In this document: positions 14,285 to 28,358 of the stretch, one piece after another
Numbering within the stretch: position 1 is the first letter of the stretch
Layout of the letters: the number at the start of each line of letters is the position of its first letter
NCBI RefSeq assembly: GCF_037042905.1
Contig: NC_087263.1
Span: 12,030,001 to 12,094,000 of the forward strand
Reading direction: 5' to 3'
Origin: Lytechinus pictus
Lineage: Eukaryota
DNA length: 64,000 bases
Position numbers and translations under genes: made by a program
Notes under the pieces: model-generated
Databases searched by the model: none
What the model was told of the DNA's origin: nothing
What the model saw: the letters and a program-made list of their open reading frames with translations, nothing else

Positions 14285-15230
14285 GATTAGATTTCAGTTT
14301 ATTGATTTCATTTTGGGATCAATTTACCATGGTACTGCTTCTGCTACTACTACTAGCGCCACTACTATTAGTACTACTGGTAAAACTACTACTACTATGG
14401 TAAACTGCCGATTCGTCTATTGCCAACTCGTCCACTCATCACATAGTCTACCTTCATGTAGTCTAATCAACATTTCATCTAACGCCAGTTCGTCTATGAC
14501 CATTTCATCTGATAACCCCTTGGTCTAATACACATTTTCTTTTCATTCATTTTGTCCAATTAATACTTATCCACTTAGACCAAATGGTTTATGGACAATG
14601 GATTAGATTTCAGTTTATTGATTTCATTTTGGGATCAATTTACCATGGTACTGCTTCTGCTACTACTACTAGCGCCACTACTATTAGTACTACTGGTAAA
14701 ACTACTACTACTATGGTAAACTGCCGATTCGTCTATTGCCAACTCGTCCACTCATCACATAGTCTACCTTCATGTAGTCTAATCAACATTTCATCTAACG
14801 CCAGTTCGTCTATGACCATTTCATCTGATAACCCCTTGGTCTAATACACATTTTCTTTTCATTCATTTTGTCCAATTAATACTTATCCACTTAGACCAAA
14901 TGGTTTATGGACAATGGATTAGATTTCAGTTTATTGATTTCATTTTGGGATCAATTTACCATGGTACTGCTTCTGCTACTACTACTAGCGCCACTACTAT
15001 TAGTACTACTGGTAAAACTACTACTACTATGGTAAACTGCCGATTCGTCTATTGCCAACTCGTCCACTCATCACATAGTCTACCTTCATGTAGTCTAATC
15101 AACATTTCATCTAACGCCAGTTCGTCTATGACCATTTCATCTGATAACCCCTTGGTCTAATACACATTTTCTTTTCATTCATTTTGTCCAATTAATACTT
15201 ATCCACTTAGACCAAATGGTTTATGGACAA
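14285..15230 (+). repeat. Three-copy 316-bp tandem repeat
   Basis: Units start at 14285, 14601 and 14917 and appear identical. Confidence 0.95.
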
Positions 15231-15354
15231 AATGGCTATTGGACCAACTGGTTATTAGACCATGGGGATAGTGGACGAATCGATGATAGACCAAATGATA
15301 GTAGACAAGTTGGTAATTAGACGAAATGGTATTAGACCAATTGGAAATAAACCA

Positions 15355-15490
15355 CTAGTATACTGCTGCTAGAACTACTACTACTACTATTGCCAGAACT
15401 ATTACTACTACTGCTGCTGCTACTACTACTACTTCTGCTATTACTTTTACTACTACTTCTGCTATTACTACTACTACTTCTACTACTGGT
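15355..15490. repeat. (ACT)n degenerate microsatellite
   Basis: Direct reading. Confidence 0.85.
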
Positions 15491-16484
15491 AGTAGAAGTA
15501 ATGTATTAAAAGTAGTAAAATACTACTTCATCTACTATGGTATTCTTCTATTGTAGCGTCAATAGCCTTACGCAATTGAAATACTAGGTGTAAGAACTTA
15601 AAAGAGCATTTACTCTTGTCAAGGTTTCTAGATATATTTCTGACAACAAGGCGTCATGTCTGAATAAACTGGGGATTGCTGCAGTTGACATATGTCACAC
15701 TTGAAAATGAACCTCCCCTATCAGAGTTCATCACTGGTGCCAATTTGAGGATCACTCCACGATGCCACGTGAGGCTGATTACAATGCATAGCTGGACGTT
15801 CTGGATGGCCACTTCGGGAATTCCGATGAATAATTGATTTGTGACAACTCTGAAATGTAATTGCAACGAATTGGTTATTAGACCGTAAAGTCAACCTCAA
15901 AGTAAACCGACCTTTCAAACGCTTCTTTTCCCAGGGAAATCGGCAACAAATTTTGCTGCAAAACACGTCAAAAGCCCAAAACACGAATGACAACAGCAAA
16001 TATTTTAGCATTATTACAATAACTGCTATGTCCTGTAAGGGTATGTTTATTCCATTTTCAAATTAAGTTCAACTAATGGGAAGTCATTAAGGCCAAGTAC
16101 ATGTCATCATCAAAATTGACCTTTTCTGTCATTACTATTTATTGTTGGCAATCCCAAGTAAACAAGTGGAGTTAATGCTTTTTGCAAGAGAAGTCTTCTC
16201 ATAATCCTGTTTCAATTTAACAGCAGTCAAACAGGAATCATGAAAATGGCATATATAGGGGTTACGTGCCCCTTGCACCATATCGTGAAAATGTAGGGGG
16301 AGAGAAAAAGGAAAAAATAATAAGTTTAATCTGATAAACAGAGACGTCTCAGAGTTTTAGTCTTTTGATGATTGTTTTAATTATATTGATCATGAAATCA
16401 ATAAAACACTTTATTGTAAAAAAGTTTCAGACCCAATAATTTCATTTGACATTTTACAGGATGGTCATGCAGGAATTATGCGCA

Positions 16485-16825
16485 TACATTCGTAATTCCG
16501 AAGCTTCGTTATTCCGAAGGTTCGGTTATTCCAAAGGTTCGTATTTCCGAAAGTTCGCAATTCCGAAGGTTCGTAATTCCGAAGGTTCGTTAGTCCGAAA
16601 ACGAAATGATTAACGAACCTTATTTCGTTTTCAGAATAACGAGCCTTCGGAACATTGAACCTTATTTCGTTTTCGGATTATCGAACCTTCGGAATAATGC
16701 CACAAATGTTCGGATTAACGAACCCTTTTACGTTTTCGGATTAACGAACATCGAGGTATAGGCAATTTACGTGTTTCGGAATTACGAACCTTCGGAATAA
16801 AGAACCTTCGGAATTACGAAGTTTA
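16485..16825. repeat. Inverted arrays of TTCCGAAGGTTCG / CGAACCTTCGGAA, probably a MITE
   Basis: Short tandem units on the left arm, reverse-complement units on the right. Confidence 0.7.
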
Positions 16826-17868
16826 ACCGGAATTATGAATAGTGGCGTATCTAAGAACATGATATGATTCATGCCCCCTGTTTGACTATAGCGGTTGTAA
16901 GGAAGCAGAATTATGTCACCGGCCAGTCTTAAATTTCCACGGAATTTTGGTATACGTAGTCATGTTCATTCTTGATCAAGTCAAAAGATGGCTTTGACGG
17001 TTTGTGTCAGAAAAGTTTACCAAATTTATGATGTGAAACATTATTTTATTGATTGTCAATTTAGAAACAAAACTAAATTTAATGGGAATTAAGACTTATC
17101 CATAGTAGACAAAATGTTATTTATAAAAAAAAATGATGAAAATAATCATGATAGTAATGTTGAACCTACACTTTAGAACTGAATATAAGGGAAATAGACT
17201 TTCCTGTGTGCTTTAACAATGTGGTGATAAACATGTAAGCTAAAGAATGGAGACTGGAGACATTTTTACATGTTTGCGTATGTGTTCTAAATGACTGACA
17301 TGCATTTTATGACGGTATGAAATCTTTATGAGAAGTTAATGAAGATGAGAAGAGAACTGACACCATGATCTTTAAGCTGCTGTTATAAACATTGATGTTC
17401 AGTGGTAGACTGTATTATGAGATTCAATGTCAAGATAGCTTTCTCTGTTGATAAGAGTCTGTATTAAAGTCTGCTTAAGCAATTAGAATGTAGTTCTCTG
17501 ATATTTCTTTCCCATAAAGTTGTCATCTGAAGATATAATCAGGGCTGCTATTGATATCCTGTTCTACTCCAAAGAAATGTCTGAGGGTTTTGAATTCTGG
17601 TGAAGGAAAAAAGACGTGTTTAGAGAATGTCTCATTTCTTTTTAGGTTAATGCATCTTTTGGTAATATTTTCAGTATACCATAGCTATAAGTTTGATCAG
17701 ATGAAAAGCTGAACATTTTTTAAATGAATAAAGACTTTGAAAGAGAGGGTTGAGTCTGGAAATTATTGATTTATTGATTCATTTATTTCCACATTTCATT
17801 TTTTTTTTTAATAGTACCTAAATGACATTACAGAATAAAGTACAATATATACATTACCTACCTGTATA

Positions 17869-18268
17869 CAGGGTTTCCAGCCCATCAGGTAAAATTATTT
17901 TACTTTTTTCTAGTCAGTGAAAAATCAGGGAATTTGATTTTTTTTAAACTACCTCAAATCAGGGAAACATGCCTCAAGTGAGGGAAAAATCAGGGAATTT
18001 TGATCAGCCCAAAAGTCGAAAGCACGGTAGTCAGTCAGACTCTGTTGTATTTTGTTGCATATCAAAACAACATCCATTGAATGAATGGTTATGGTGGTAC
18101 TAATTAGTTTTACATCATTGTTTTTATACTGGAAATACATGTAATTCACTGCAGCAACTTTGAAAACATGCGAAACTGGGAATGGGTTTAAATAATTATC
18201 AGGAAATTTTTAAACATCATCAGGGAAAAATCAGGGAATTTTGTTTTCTCAAAAAGCTTGGAACCCTG
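17869..18268. mobile_element. CAGGG-terminated MITE with 5-bp TSD (GTATA)
   Basis: Same family and orientation as 8864-9258; GTATA on both flanks. Confidence 0.82.
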
Positions 18269-19314
18269 GTATATTAGTATTCCAATGCAAAGAAAATATA
18301 TAACATAAAACAATGAAATACTCTTAAATTTTTATTGAGGAATAAATGTTACCAGTCTACTTCCTCCAATCAGAGAATGAAAATTCTGTGTGTACAAAGT
18401 GAATGAGAAAAGGGGGTGTCGGAGAAGTGGGGTCATATTCACCCTGTTGGGTCACAGAAAGCTTCAAGGAAGTTTTTTTTATATACATGAAAATGTGTTT
18501 TTTACTCCCAGATATTTTTCCCTTGCTACATACAGTTGAATTCTTTAGCCCAGCGCACGCTTGATCCGATGCAATGCAATTTTTTAAATAAATCGCATTT
18601 TGCATTAAATGTGAAGGTTCCAAGACGTAAGTTGAATTCTTAAGCCCAGCGCACGTGTGATCCGATACAATGCAATTTTTTTAATAAATCCCATTTTGCA
18701 TTAAATGTGAAGGTGCAAGACGTAAAATTATTCTATTTGAAGTTTGGCATTATAGGAATAATAAAATTATTTTACCTAGCGGCAAGCCCTATGGTCAGGG
18801 AAAAGTCCAAATCGGCTTCAAGTCTCAGCTGATGATGACATCATTGTGATTCAGTTTGAGATTGATTTTACTTTTATTCCTACAGGGAGGCTCAAACTAG
18901 ACTGAATTTCAATTTCAGTAGTCCATGCCACCATTTTGAACTTTATCGGCTGGAATGTTCATCTCAAATGTTTTTCTTTGAAATTCGGATCGCAACAAAT
19001 CGCATCGTGTGCACCGGGCTTTGGTCACATGGTGAAAAATATACTGACTCATTAAGTATATAAACAGTCATAAGCCTTGCCTGTGTACCATATTTAAGCA
19101 ATGACGTAGGGATGCCTATAGTTGTTTGTTTTCATGTTCATTTGTGAAAGCCAGCCCATGGGATATTTTTCACCATCCACCTACACAAATAACTTGTGGT
19201 AATCAGAACATTCTATCGCATTTTCTCGCTGAGGCATGACTCAAAATCCATCAGAAGCAGCATTGGATAATGGGTACCATGTATATATAGTCTCATCGTG
19301 CTAGTTAAAGTTAA

Positions 19315-19848
19315 AGAGGAAGTTCATCCTGTAAAAGGGTTTATTGTAAAAAAAAAAAAGCAGATATATGATAAGAAATATTGGCAAAGGTTTGAGGAAA
19401 ATCCATCAAAGAATAAAAAAGTTATTTTTTAATTTTAATTATTTGATTTGTGATGTCATATGCGAGCAGCTTTCATACATATCGCATGGTAAAATAATCA
19501 ATGAAATGTCATTTTCTCAGAAAATTGAAAATGGTTTCATGGTACCTTCAGTATATCAATTCATAAATGATTTCAAACCCGATCCTGAAATGGAAAAGAA
19601 AAATTAAGTCATCAAAAAGCATAAAAAATTAAATTTATGCATTTTGTGATTAACTTTAATGGGGCAGCGGCTCGTTTATGACGTTACAAATCAAGAACTT
19701 GAAATTCTAATAACTTTCTTAATCATTAATGGATTTTCCACAAACCTTTACCAATACATGTATATATATATATAAATATATATATATATAAGATATAAGA
19801 TATATAAGATAAGATATAACAAAGATTTTGTCAGGGTGAACTTCCCCT
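19315..19848. mobile_element. TTAA-target MITE family C copy
   Basis: TTAA|AGAGGAAGTTCATCCTG...CAGGGTGAACTTCCCCT. Confidence 0.75.
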
Positions 19849-20205
19849 TTGGCTTTAACTGGGTATAGATGCAGATCTATAGTTTAGATTTGTATTCTGA
19901 AATAGAAGTCTTCTGAATTTGATCATTTCTTTTTCATATATAGACATAACTACAAATAATGGTCATAATTCAAAACCTAAAAATGGTGATGATATAAAAA
20001 TAGTTATGATACTAATCATAATGGTATCGTTATAATGATTATGATGGTGATTGTAATGATGATGATAATAACCATTCCGCTTTTATCGAGCACAATAACA
20101 GATATGTCATCACCTGGTCCAGTAGATTCTGGCTTTTCCACTCCCTGGGAAGCATTCCAACAAGAGTTTCCAAACTCAAATTGCTGGGCATACTACACTG
20201 GAAGA

Positions 20206-20764
20206 CCGGGGGGGGGGGGCACTTCCATTGACAAGTGGATACCATGGGGTCTCGAAAAGCAGCCTAAACAAGTATTTTCCATATTCTGAAAATGCACCCC
20301 TTAAGTATTGGCGTGTGAAACCCTACCGTTAACAAGTATTGGAAACGAAACGATACCCTTGGCAAGTATTCCCAGAATTGAACCCCCTAAACAAGTACAG
20401 CGATATTTTTATAGGTCAAGGACGTCGGTTTTACCTTTACCTACATCATTGGGTTTAGTACGTACGGCCCACCTCCCACACCTTGCGCAAATTGGACTCT
20501 AAACAAGTAGTGTTGACTGTTGGGGCAAAAAGTACATCTTTTATAAAACATATGTCTTTTTCATACCCTTGCAAATTTGACCCTAAACACGTAGCTTTCC
20601 TAGCAAAATAGATCCCCTTTTTTCATTATTTTAGTGTTTTTTACACCCTTATTACGTAATGTGCCCTATTTTTAAAAAGACATCCTTTTTACTTGTTTTT
20701 TTTGGTCGTGCATGGTATCCACTCGTAAATTTAAGTGCCCCCCCCCCCCCCCCCCCCCCCCCGG
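20206..20764. mobile_element. CCGGGGG-terminated MITE, 8-bp TSD with one mismatch
   Basis: CTGGAAGA|CCGGGG..GCACTT...AAGTGC..CCCCGG|TTGGAAGA; subterminal GTGGATACCATG / CATGGTATCCAC. Confidence 0.75.
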
Positions 20765-20869
20765 TTGGAAGACATACTGGATAAACTTGGATGGAATGTT
20801 ACACAGTATGGATGATGCATTGCCAAAACCAAAGGACACAAGGCCACACTGAGATTCTAACACATGACC

Positions 20870-21192
20870 CCCGGGGGGAGGGGGGGTACTCACGAGATAA
20901 GGCACACAGGGTTGTGCCGCTTGAATGGGTCGCGTTTATGGAAGAAATCCCTAAACATGGGGTATGGTTTTATGCTGGAAAATCCCTAAGCATGCCCCCA
21001 ATTTTTAGATACTGGCCTTATACATGGGTCCATATTCTCCTCCAATTTTGGGTGATAACCCTTTTTAGTTGTTTTTTGGGCTTGTCAAATTTTAATAAAT
21101 CCCTTATAATGGGTACCATTAATATGGGTATGGGTTTTAAACCTTCAGCTGCTCACCCCCATCCAAACCAAATTTAAGTTCCCCCCTCCCGG
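20870..21192. mobile_element. Second poly-G/C-terminated MITE, 8-bp TSD ACATGACC
   Basis: ACATGACC on both flanks; CCCGGGGG...CCCGG ends. Confidence 0.7.
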
Positions 21193-21661
21193 ACATGACC
21201 CTGTTATAAGACAAAAATCAGAGCCACTGGCACTACAACACAAAGCTAAGAACTTTTAAAATGATAATAAATCAGAAAACTTTCATCAGTTGGGGATGAT
21301 AAATTAAATCATTTTAAGCTTCAACCAACCTTAATGATTATTTGGGGCGAGCTTTCGTCCACTCCAGACCTGTGGACTTTCTCAAGTTAATTGATCAGTC
21401 ACAAAGTTTGCTGCCTGTGGTGGTCTGTACCTCCATGTTTCTTGATCACTGGACCGAAGATTGGAGACAAGTATATCCAGAGACTCTATTTGGTACGGGA
21501 TTAATCCTTTTCATCCACAGTGATTCTTTCACCCTTTTTTGAAGTTTTGAAGTTACCTTCAAAAGTCAATTACTTGGGCATCATGATAATGATAATATTG
21601 ATATAATAATGATTTTAAAAAATAATAATGAGAATGATTTTGTCCCCTTTTTTCATCACAG

Positions 21662-21735
21662 AGCTGGTGTAATTCAGAAGAAAACAGTGTGGTTTGCTGA
21701 AGATGGTCGACTCACTTTGCAACTCTGCGAGAGAG
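21662..21735 (+). CDS. SPON1: Spondin-1-like exon (end of reeler domain), after a 14.7-kb intron
   Basis: tcacag acceptor, gtgaac donor. AGVIQKKTVWFAEDGRLTLQLCER resembles ASIVQKRIIYFQDEGSLTKKLCE. Phase 2 to 1 fits both neighbours. Confidence 0.9.
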
Positions 21736-22322
21736 GTGAACTTTCCTCTTTTCATTAACTCACGTTCTTTTCTCAATAATACTTTTATCATTAGCATAAG
21801 ATTTGGGGGGATAGCATAGATTGTTTAGTTTATATTGTTAAGATGTTTACAGGCCTTAAATCTTGTTCTTTTTAGGGCAATGCCACTTTTTTCTGTAGGG
21901 TTACAGCACAAATTGAAAATATTAAAAGGCACAAAATTATTCAATACCTATGAGAGGAGCATTGAAAAAATTCAACAGGGCATCAAATCCACAGCATTTG
22001 GTGGACCTGATTAATTTAAGACATATGTTATATTTGTACTTGAATGAAAATACATTGTAACTTACAGCATAATTGTTGAGGGAAAATTTTGAAGAATAAT
22101 TTTACTCATAGACCTGCATACACTTCAAAGGGAAAACAAATTATGTATGTTAGAAATAGGATATTGTCACAATCAGTGACAAAGTAGCATATACATGTAA
22201 GTACCCGCCCCTATCTTAATCAAAATGGATTAATTTTATGAACAAACTGCTTTGGAGAAAAATTTTAAACACTTACTTAAACTACATGTATTATGGTTGT
22301 TTTTTTTATTTTTTATTTACAG

Positions 22323-22460
22323 AGGTCCCAGATGGTCCAGCCCCATCCCCCACCCCTGACCCTCATCGCTGCTGTGCCCCGCCCCACCAAGAGGTCAAGT
22401 ATAGGTTCACCTTTGTCAGCACATGGACGCCACAGACTCATCCAAATCAATACCCTACTG
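22323..22460 (+). CDS. SPON1: Spondin-1-like exon (start of Spondin_N domain)
   Basis: tttacag acceptor, gtaaaa donor. EVPDGPAPSPTPDPHRCCAPPHQEVKYRFTFVSTWTPQTHPNQYPT carries the CCA..KY..TF...W...THP..YP motif. Phase 1 to 1. Confidence 0.93.
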
Positions 22461-22552
22461 GTAAAATACAGAATTACACCTTTTTTGTAGTTAGAAGGAT
22501 AATAATTATAACTATTGATTTGATTTGATTTATTGATTTCCGTTTCACAATT

Positions 22553-22818
22553 GTAATAATAATAATAATAGCTGGATTTTGCCTGAGGATACAAAGCGCT
22601 TGCTATTATTACCCCGGCTTTAGCTCGAGCTACCATCACCGGCACTCAATGCATGCAAGGAATTAATCCTACCGGGTACCCATTCACCTCACCTGGGTCG
22701 AGTGCAGCACAGTGTGGATAAATTTCTTGCTGAAGGAAAACACGCCATGGCTAGGATTCGAACCCACGACCCTCTGTTTGAAAGGCGAGAGTCAAAACCA
22801 CTAGACCACGACGCGCCC
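22553..22818 (-). mobile_element. tRNA-derived SINE (same family)
   Basis: Minus-strand GTGGTCTAGTGG...GGTTCGAATCC, shared body, (AAT)n tail. Confidence 0.82.
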
Positions 22819-23349
22819 TGTACATAATAATATTGTACATAATTTGATAAACATAACAAGGTCGAAAATACTACAAGACATAATATAATATATATATAAC
22901 ATAATCATAGATTTAAAGAACACAATCAATAAATAAAGTTACCTCAGATGACATTTGTATTTAAAAGTAAAACAGAGGCTCTTGTCAAAAAAAGCAAAGC
23001 CCCTAGCTTGGTTTCATTACAAAATTACTTTAAAGAAATATTGGGTCGTAATAATATAGAGAATTTTTGTTTAAAAATGAATACAAACAATTTTGTGCAC
23101 TTTACAAACACGTAACTGATGGAACGAGTGAGAAAATATATTATTAACCGTATCAGACATCTGAGCAGGGCAAATTTAATACATTTTTGCCTGCTTATGA
23201 CTGTGATCAAATGTCGGTCAATAAGTTTCTAATTGTTTATCCACGGACCAAAGTTATTGCCCGCTAAGGAAAGTCTATTAGAAAACGCGTGGAAATGTAG
23301 CGTGGAACTTTCTTATACAGTATAGCACTTAACACTTACTTTATCAGTG

Positions 23350-23592
23350 GTCTCTTAGTGCTCTCCAGTAATGTAGCATAATTACCCTGGCTTTAGCAGA
23401 GCAGCTGTTACGCGCGCTGCATTTCAAGGAATAGATTCCTACCAGGTACCCATTCACCTCACCTGGGTTGAGTGCAGCACAACGTGGACAGATTTCCATG
23501 CTGTAGGAAAAGATGCCATGGCTTGGAATCGAACCCACGTCCCTCAGATTGAAAGACGAGAGTCGTATTCAACCACTAGACCACAACGCCCA
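23350..23592 (-). mobile_element. tRNA-derived SINE (same family)
   Basis: Same head and body motifs. Confidence 0.78.
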
Positions 23593-24032
23593 CATGACCA
23601 CATTAGAACAGAGTCCCTTACACACACCCTCACTTGTCATTTTCCCATTTTTACACAAGTCGGTAATTTTTGGTAAATTAACTTTCTCTTTTTTTGTGGA
23701 GTTTTGCTCTGAATTATTGAAATACGCGGTATGGCATTTCAGTAAGTGAAAAATATGTTGTTGACATTTTAATGAAATGTACCTGATGAAAAGATCTCCA
23801 ATCATGTACCAAAAAGTCAATAAAAACTCATTTCTTTACATACCGGTATATAACATAAATTGCGTAATGTGTAATTTGTAAAAAGGACAATACGCCTGTA
23901 CATGGGGCAAGTGAGGGTATAATATTTTCTAGTTCGAAATATCTAATAAACTATATAAAGCTTGATTAATTTTTGACTATTGAACCTTCGGAATAACATA
24001 CTTTTGGACCAACAAACCTTTTCTTTTCTCAG

Positions 24033-24181
24033 GTAACGGCAATCACTGGTCCGACTTGATTGGTGCCTCTCACAGTTCAGACTACACTATATGGGATTAT
24101 GGTCAATATGCTTCCAGAGGTATTAAGATGGTTGCTGAGTGGGGCAGTCCTTACGCGCTAGAGAGAGAGATCAAACAGCAG
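24033..24181 (+). CDS. SPON1: Spondin-1-like exon (Spondin_N)
   Basis: ttctcag acceptor, gtaaac donor. GNGNHWSDLIGASHSSDYTIWDYGQYASRGIKMVAEWGSPYALEREIKQQ carries the Spondin_N core HWS..IGASH and AE.GS. Phase 1 to 0. Confidence 0.95.
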
Positions 24182-24251
24182 GTAAACAATCAGTTTTGAC
24201 CCCAAAAAAATAAAATTTGCAGATGGACCGTCATACATTTTTCTCCTTTAA

Positions 24252-24634
24252 AGGTATTGTTTAACTTTGTGAGCAGCCGATTTAAACAATTCTAAAACCA
24301 AGATGAAACATGTGTACAAGCACATGTTTTAGAACTAATAAACCCTGAAAACAACCATTATTGAGAATGAAAAGCTTAAACTACAAGGCAAACCCCGATT
24401 TTGTAAATAGTTGTCTTATAGACGCCTAAATAGCTAGTACACATAAGTGTATGGGATGAAATTAAGATGGTGTTTTCGGTCACTTTATATTTCAATTTTT
24501 GAAGCACTAAATGATTATTTTCAAACGCAATTTTTTTCTGGGCTTCATTTTTGTAACATATCACAGACACAGGTGACAAGTGTGACCTTCTAGCTCAGAT
24601 TTTTTAAAAGTCAAACCAATGTTAACCAATCACT
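24252..24634. mobile_element. TTAA-target MITE family B, inverted copy
   Basis: TTAA|AGGTATTGTTTAAC...GTTAACCAATCACT|TTAA; reverse complement of 6961-7338. Confidence 0.82.
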
Positions 24635-27600
24635 TTAAATCAACAAAGTAATAAGAATTGGCTAAAAGTGCAGCAGAACATTTTCCATATATAATCAGAG
24701 TACAGTTGTGCCTGAACAATCTTTATCTTCATAGAAAATTATGTCTAGCTATTTCATATCGTACCTTTAAAAGAATGAAAATGCAGACTGACCCCAATTT
24801 TTTTGTCCATTAATTACGGTGAACAAACAAACTTTTATTGGTAACTTCCCCAGTAGGTCCTATGGTCATTGCCATGGTAACAGGGCTCAGCAGCCAATCA
24901 CCATCAAGATTTCCATTGTGACTACCATAATTACAAAGTAACCATAAATGTAATTCCTTTCGTGAAAAGTGCACCAGTATAATTATAGTGGAATATGGTA
25001 TGATAATGATTCAAAACATGTTATTTTCAGCCTGGGGGTCGTTTCATAAAGCTCTTTATAGCTAGGTTAAGAGCGACTTTAAGATTGACTGGTGATCTTT
25101 TCTTGTGGTAAATGGTATACACCTGAATGTTCATTGACAAAGATTTAGCGTGGCAGAAAGGTTCACCAGTCGTTCTTAAAGTCGCTCTTGACTTAGGAAC
25201 AGCTATATGGAACACCTCTCCCCGAGCCTTAAAGCATACAAGAAAACCAACCAACTCTATGAATGATTATTCTTCCCCTGTTGGAGATCACTTGATATGG
25301 CATGCTATTTGCCTTCATGCAGACAAACCATAGGAAACTATCAAGTAATGAAGGAACATTTGTCAGAGCGGGAATGATACAAACTGACATCGCATCCTCT
25401 TGCAATGAATAATTCAGGGCTCAGCTAAATCTTTTCTGAATTTGGAGGCATATTTGGAGAACTCTGAATTTATCTGAATTCCAAGATCACTTTGATGTTA
25501 TTTTACTATTTTCTGATTATTTTGCTACACACTCTTCTTCAAATTGCTGTTTTCAATATTTTTTAAGCAAAAGTTATCTCTATTTTTTAGTTCAAAACTG
25601 TTCAGTGATACAGTTTGCTCTGTTTTTCACATTATGTAAATTTTATCATAGAATGTATAATGTATGTAAATTAAGTTTTTTTTTTAATACTAGAATTTAC
25701 TATATGACACCTACATGTAGATAGATCCTTATCATTTGATAGGTTGTTTGAAATCGATCATTCAGCCCATATTACAATGATGTCATTTTTCGTGCAATTT
25801 TGGATCCATACGATTTTGCCCATTGCACGCTTGCCGAGACTATCGGCTCTACATTTGAAACACTTGTGTTTGCAGCGCGATAATAGCGATAATCAACAGA
25901 CAGTGCTAGCACTGCATACGCTTTTGCATCCAAATTCATGAATGTCCATTTACAAGGATCTAGCTATTTTTTAGCTGTCATATATAACAAATAATGATTT
26001 TTTTCATTTTTGCAAGGGACAGAATACTTCAGTTGATAAAAGACGAAATGAAAGATCCATTTAGCGAGGCATAGCCGAGTTGAATGGATCATTCGATCTT
26101 TCACCTCATGAAGTATTGCATTGCACTCATAAACATTCATTATTTGTATACCAGACAAGTAGAATCCTTGCATGTTGAGAGCCCATTTGTCAGTGAGAAA
26201 TCACTGATGAAAGTGATTCATGAAATCCCCCACCCTTCAGTACATCTTAAATGCAATCTAGAGTAGATATGATATCACTATATCTCAGCATAACCCTGTT
26301 TCATAAAACATGTAATCACTTCCAAATGTAAAAAAATCAATTACAAACTTGCCCTTGGCCAATCAAATTGCAGGATTTCAGTAGCTTCATAACAATGACA
26401 TAACTTTGTCATTAATGGGAAATTGGCCCTGATCATCTTCAGGTGTGGGTTTCATAAAGCTGTTTGTAAATTAAGAGTGACTTTACGAACTACTGGTGAT
26501 CCTTTCTTGTGGTGAATGATATTCACCATTATATGTTCATTGATGATTATTGAGCACATAAAAAAGGTTAACCAGTCGTTTTTAAAGTCAGTCTTAAGGT
26601 ACAAACAGTTTATGAAATGGCCCCCAGAGCTCTGTCATTTGCAAGAGATTTCTTCAGTGCCTCTGAAACAGACTACCCCCCCCCCCATTGGAAAATAATA
26701 ACAAAATTTATGTTACTAATTTGAGCAACAATGCTGCAGTAATTGTGATAATTGGGAATAAAGATTTTATTTGTATTCAGCAGAAAGCAGTTTCAATATT
26801 GCATCTTATTTGTGTAATTCTAAACATATATGGACATGGAGAAAAAATGAATTATAGTACTACTAATGATGATGAAGGAAATGAGAACAGAATAGGCTCT
26901 AAGTTTCATTCAGTGGACAATATGTTATGTCCTTATTAGTATTATGACAAACAGAAAAGGGAATAAATTATTTAAAAAATGATTTTATACATGTGTATGT
27001 TGAAAGGAAATGAGTACAAATACAATGCTGCCAACTAATATGTTTTAACGATATTAGTATGTTTTTACATTATCAAAAGTGACAAAATATGATTTTTTAT
27101 TGCAAAATATGTTTTTTGTTAAATTTGATTGGCACGCTTCGTATGTCTAATATATCAATTTTTGTAACAAAATTTTTTTTTTTTTCCTTCAAAATATGAT
27201 TTTGATTATAGATCAGTATGTTTTTTGGTCAACAGAGGTTGGCAGCTCTGCAAATATGTTTTATTTGTTACATGTACATCTAACCATATTGAGCATTATG
27301 ACTCAGATGGGCAATGACTGATAGACGAATGTATTATAATTTCTGTGATTTTATATATGTTGAAAGGAAATGAGTTCAAAACATGTTTTATTCAGCAGAT
27401 AATTTGTTACATGTAATCACCATTGAGAGTAACATAATGTGAGCAAGAGGATTAGGAATGAATTATGGATCATGTCAGGTTCAGTGTTCAGTGGGAGAAA
27501 AAATGTTGAATAAAATTTAGTTTTCCTTGGTATGCCTGTCACATCATCTCCCTATCCTATTTTTTCTATTCTTTTTTTTCTGTATTTTTTAACACTTCTT

Positions 27601-28013
27601 TCATTTCCTATATCAGACTCTTTTCTCTATACTTCTATCTTTTTATGATTTTTCTCTCTCTTTCTTTCATCATCCACTTTACTCTTACTATCACGTTTAT
27701 CTTTCTCAATCTTTCTATCTCTCTCTGTCTAGCTATCTATCTATCTATCTATATACTGTATCCCCTCTCTCGTTTTATCTTCCTGTATCTAACTATCGTT
27801 CTATCTATCGTTCTGTTTATCTCCTTCCAGTAATATACATAAGCCTAGAAGGAGTACCTTCACTCATACAACAGTTGGTTGTCTTGTTTGCTGATTTAAA
27901 TGTGTATTTTGCTTTTAACAAAAAACATTATGAAGAGTTCATTCTTATACACTCTTTTTTCTCTCCCCCCCCCCCCTCTCTCTCTCTTAATCTCTCGCCA
28001 CTATTCAAACCAG

Positions 28014-28274
28014 GGAGACGATGTCAAGACCGTAATATTCAGCCGTGGTCTCTTCCCTGCCTACGGTCCTAGACTCCGTAACATGACGTCGTACTTCAAG
28101 ACCGATTCCCAACGCAACCTCGTGTCTGCCGTGTCCATGATGGGTCCCAGTCCAGACTGGTGTGTCGGCATCTCAAAGGAAAACCTGTGTACAGAGGATT
28201 GTGGATGGGTCGAGAGAAAGGTTTTCCATCTGCAACCCTGGGATGCAGGCACAGACAGTGGCATCATGTACAAT
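28014..28274 (+). CDS. SPON1: Spondin-1-like exon (Spondin_N)
   Basis: accag acceptor, gtaaat donor. GDDVKTVI...SMMGPSPDWCVG..ENLC..CGWV.....LQPWDAGTDSGIMYN contains the diagnostic PSPDW and DAGTDSG motifs. Phase 0 to 0. Confidence 0.96.
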
Positions 28275-28358
28275 GTAAATAATTAGTGTTTTATTTATTT
28301 ATTTATTCATTTATTTACTTATTTATGTATTAAAGTTGGTTTTGATACTGTTTTGTGT

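Noticed and set aside
14313..15160. Three identical 71-86 aa ORFs suggesting a peptide gene array
   Set aside because: By-product of the 316-bp triplication of microsatellite plus MITE sequence.
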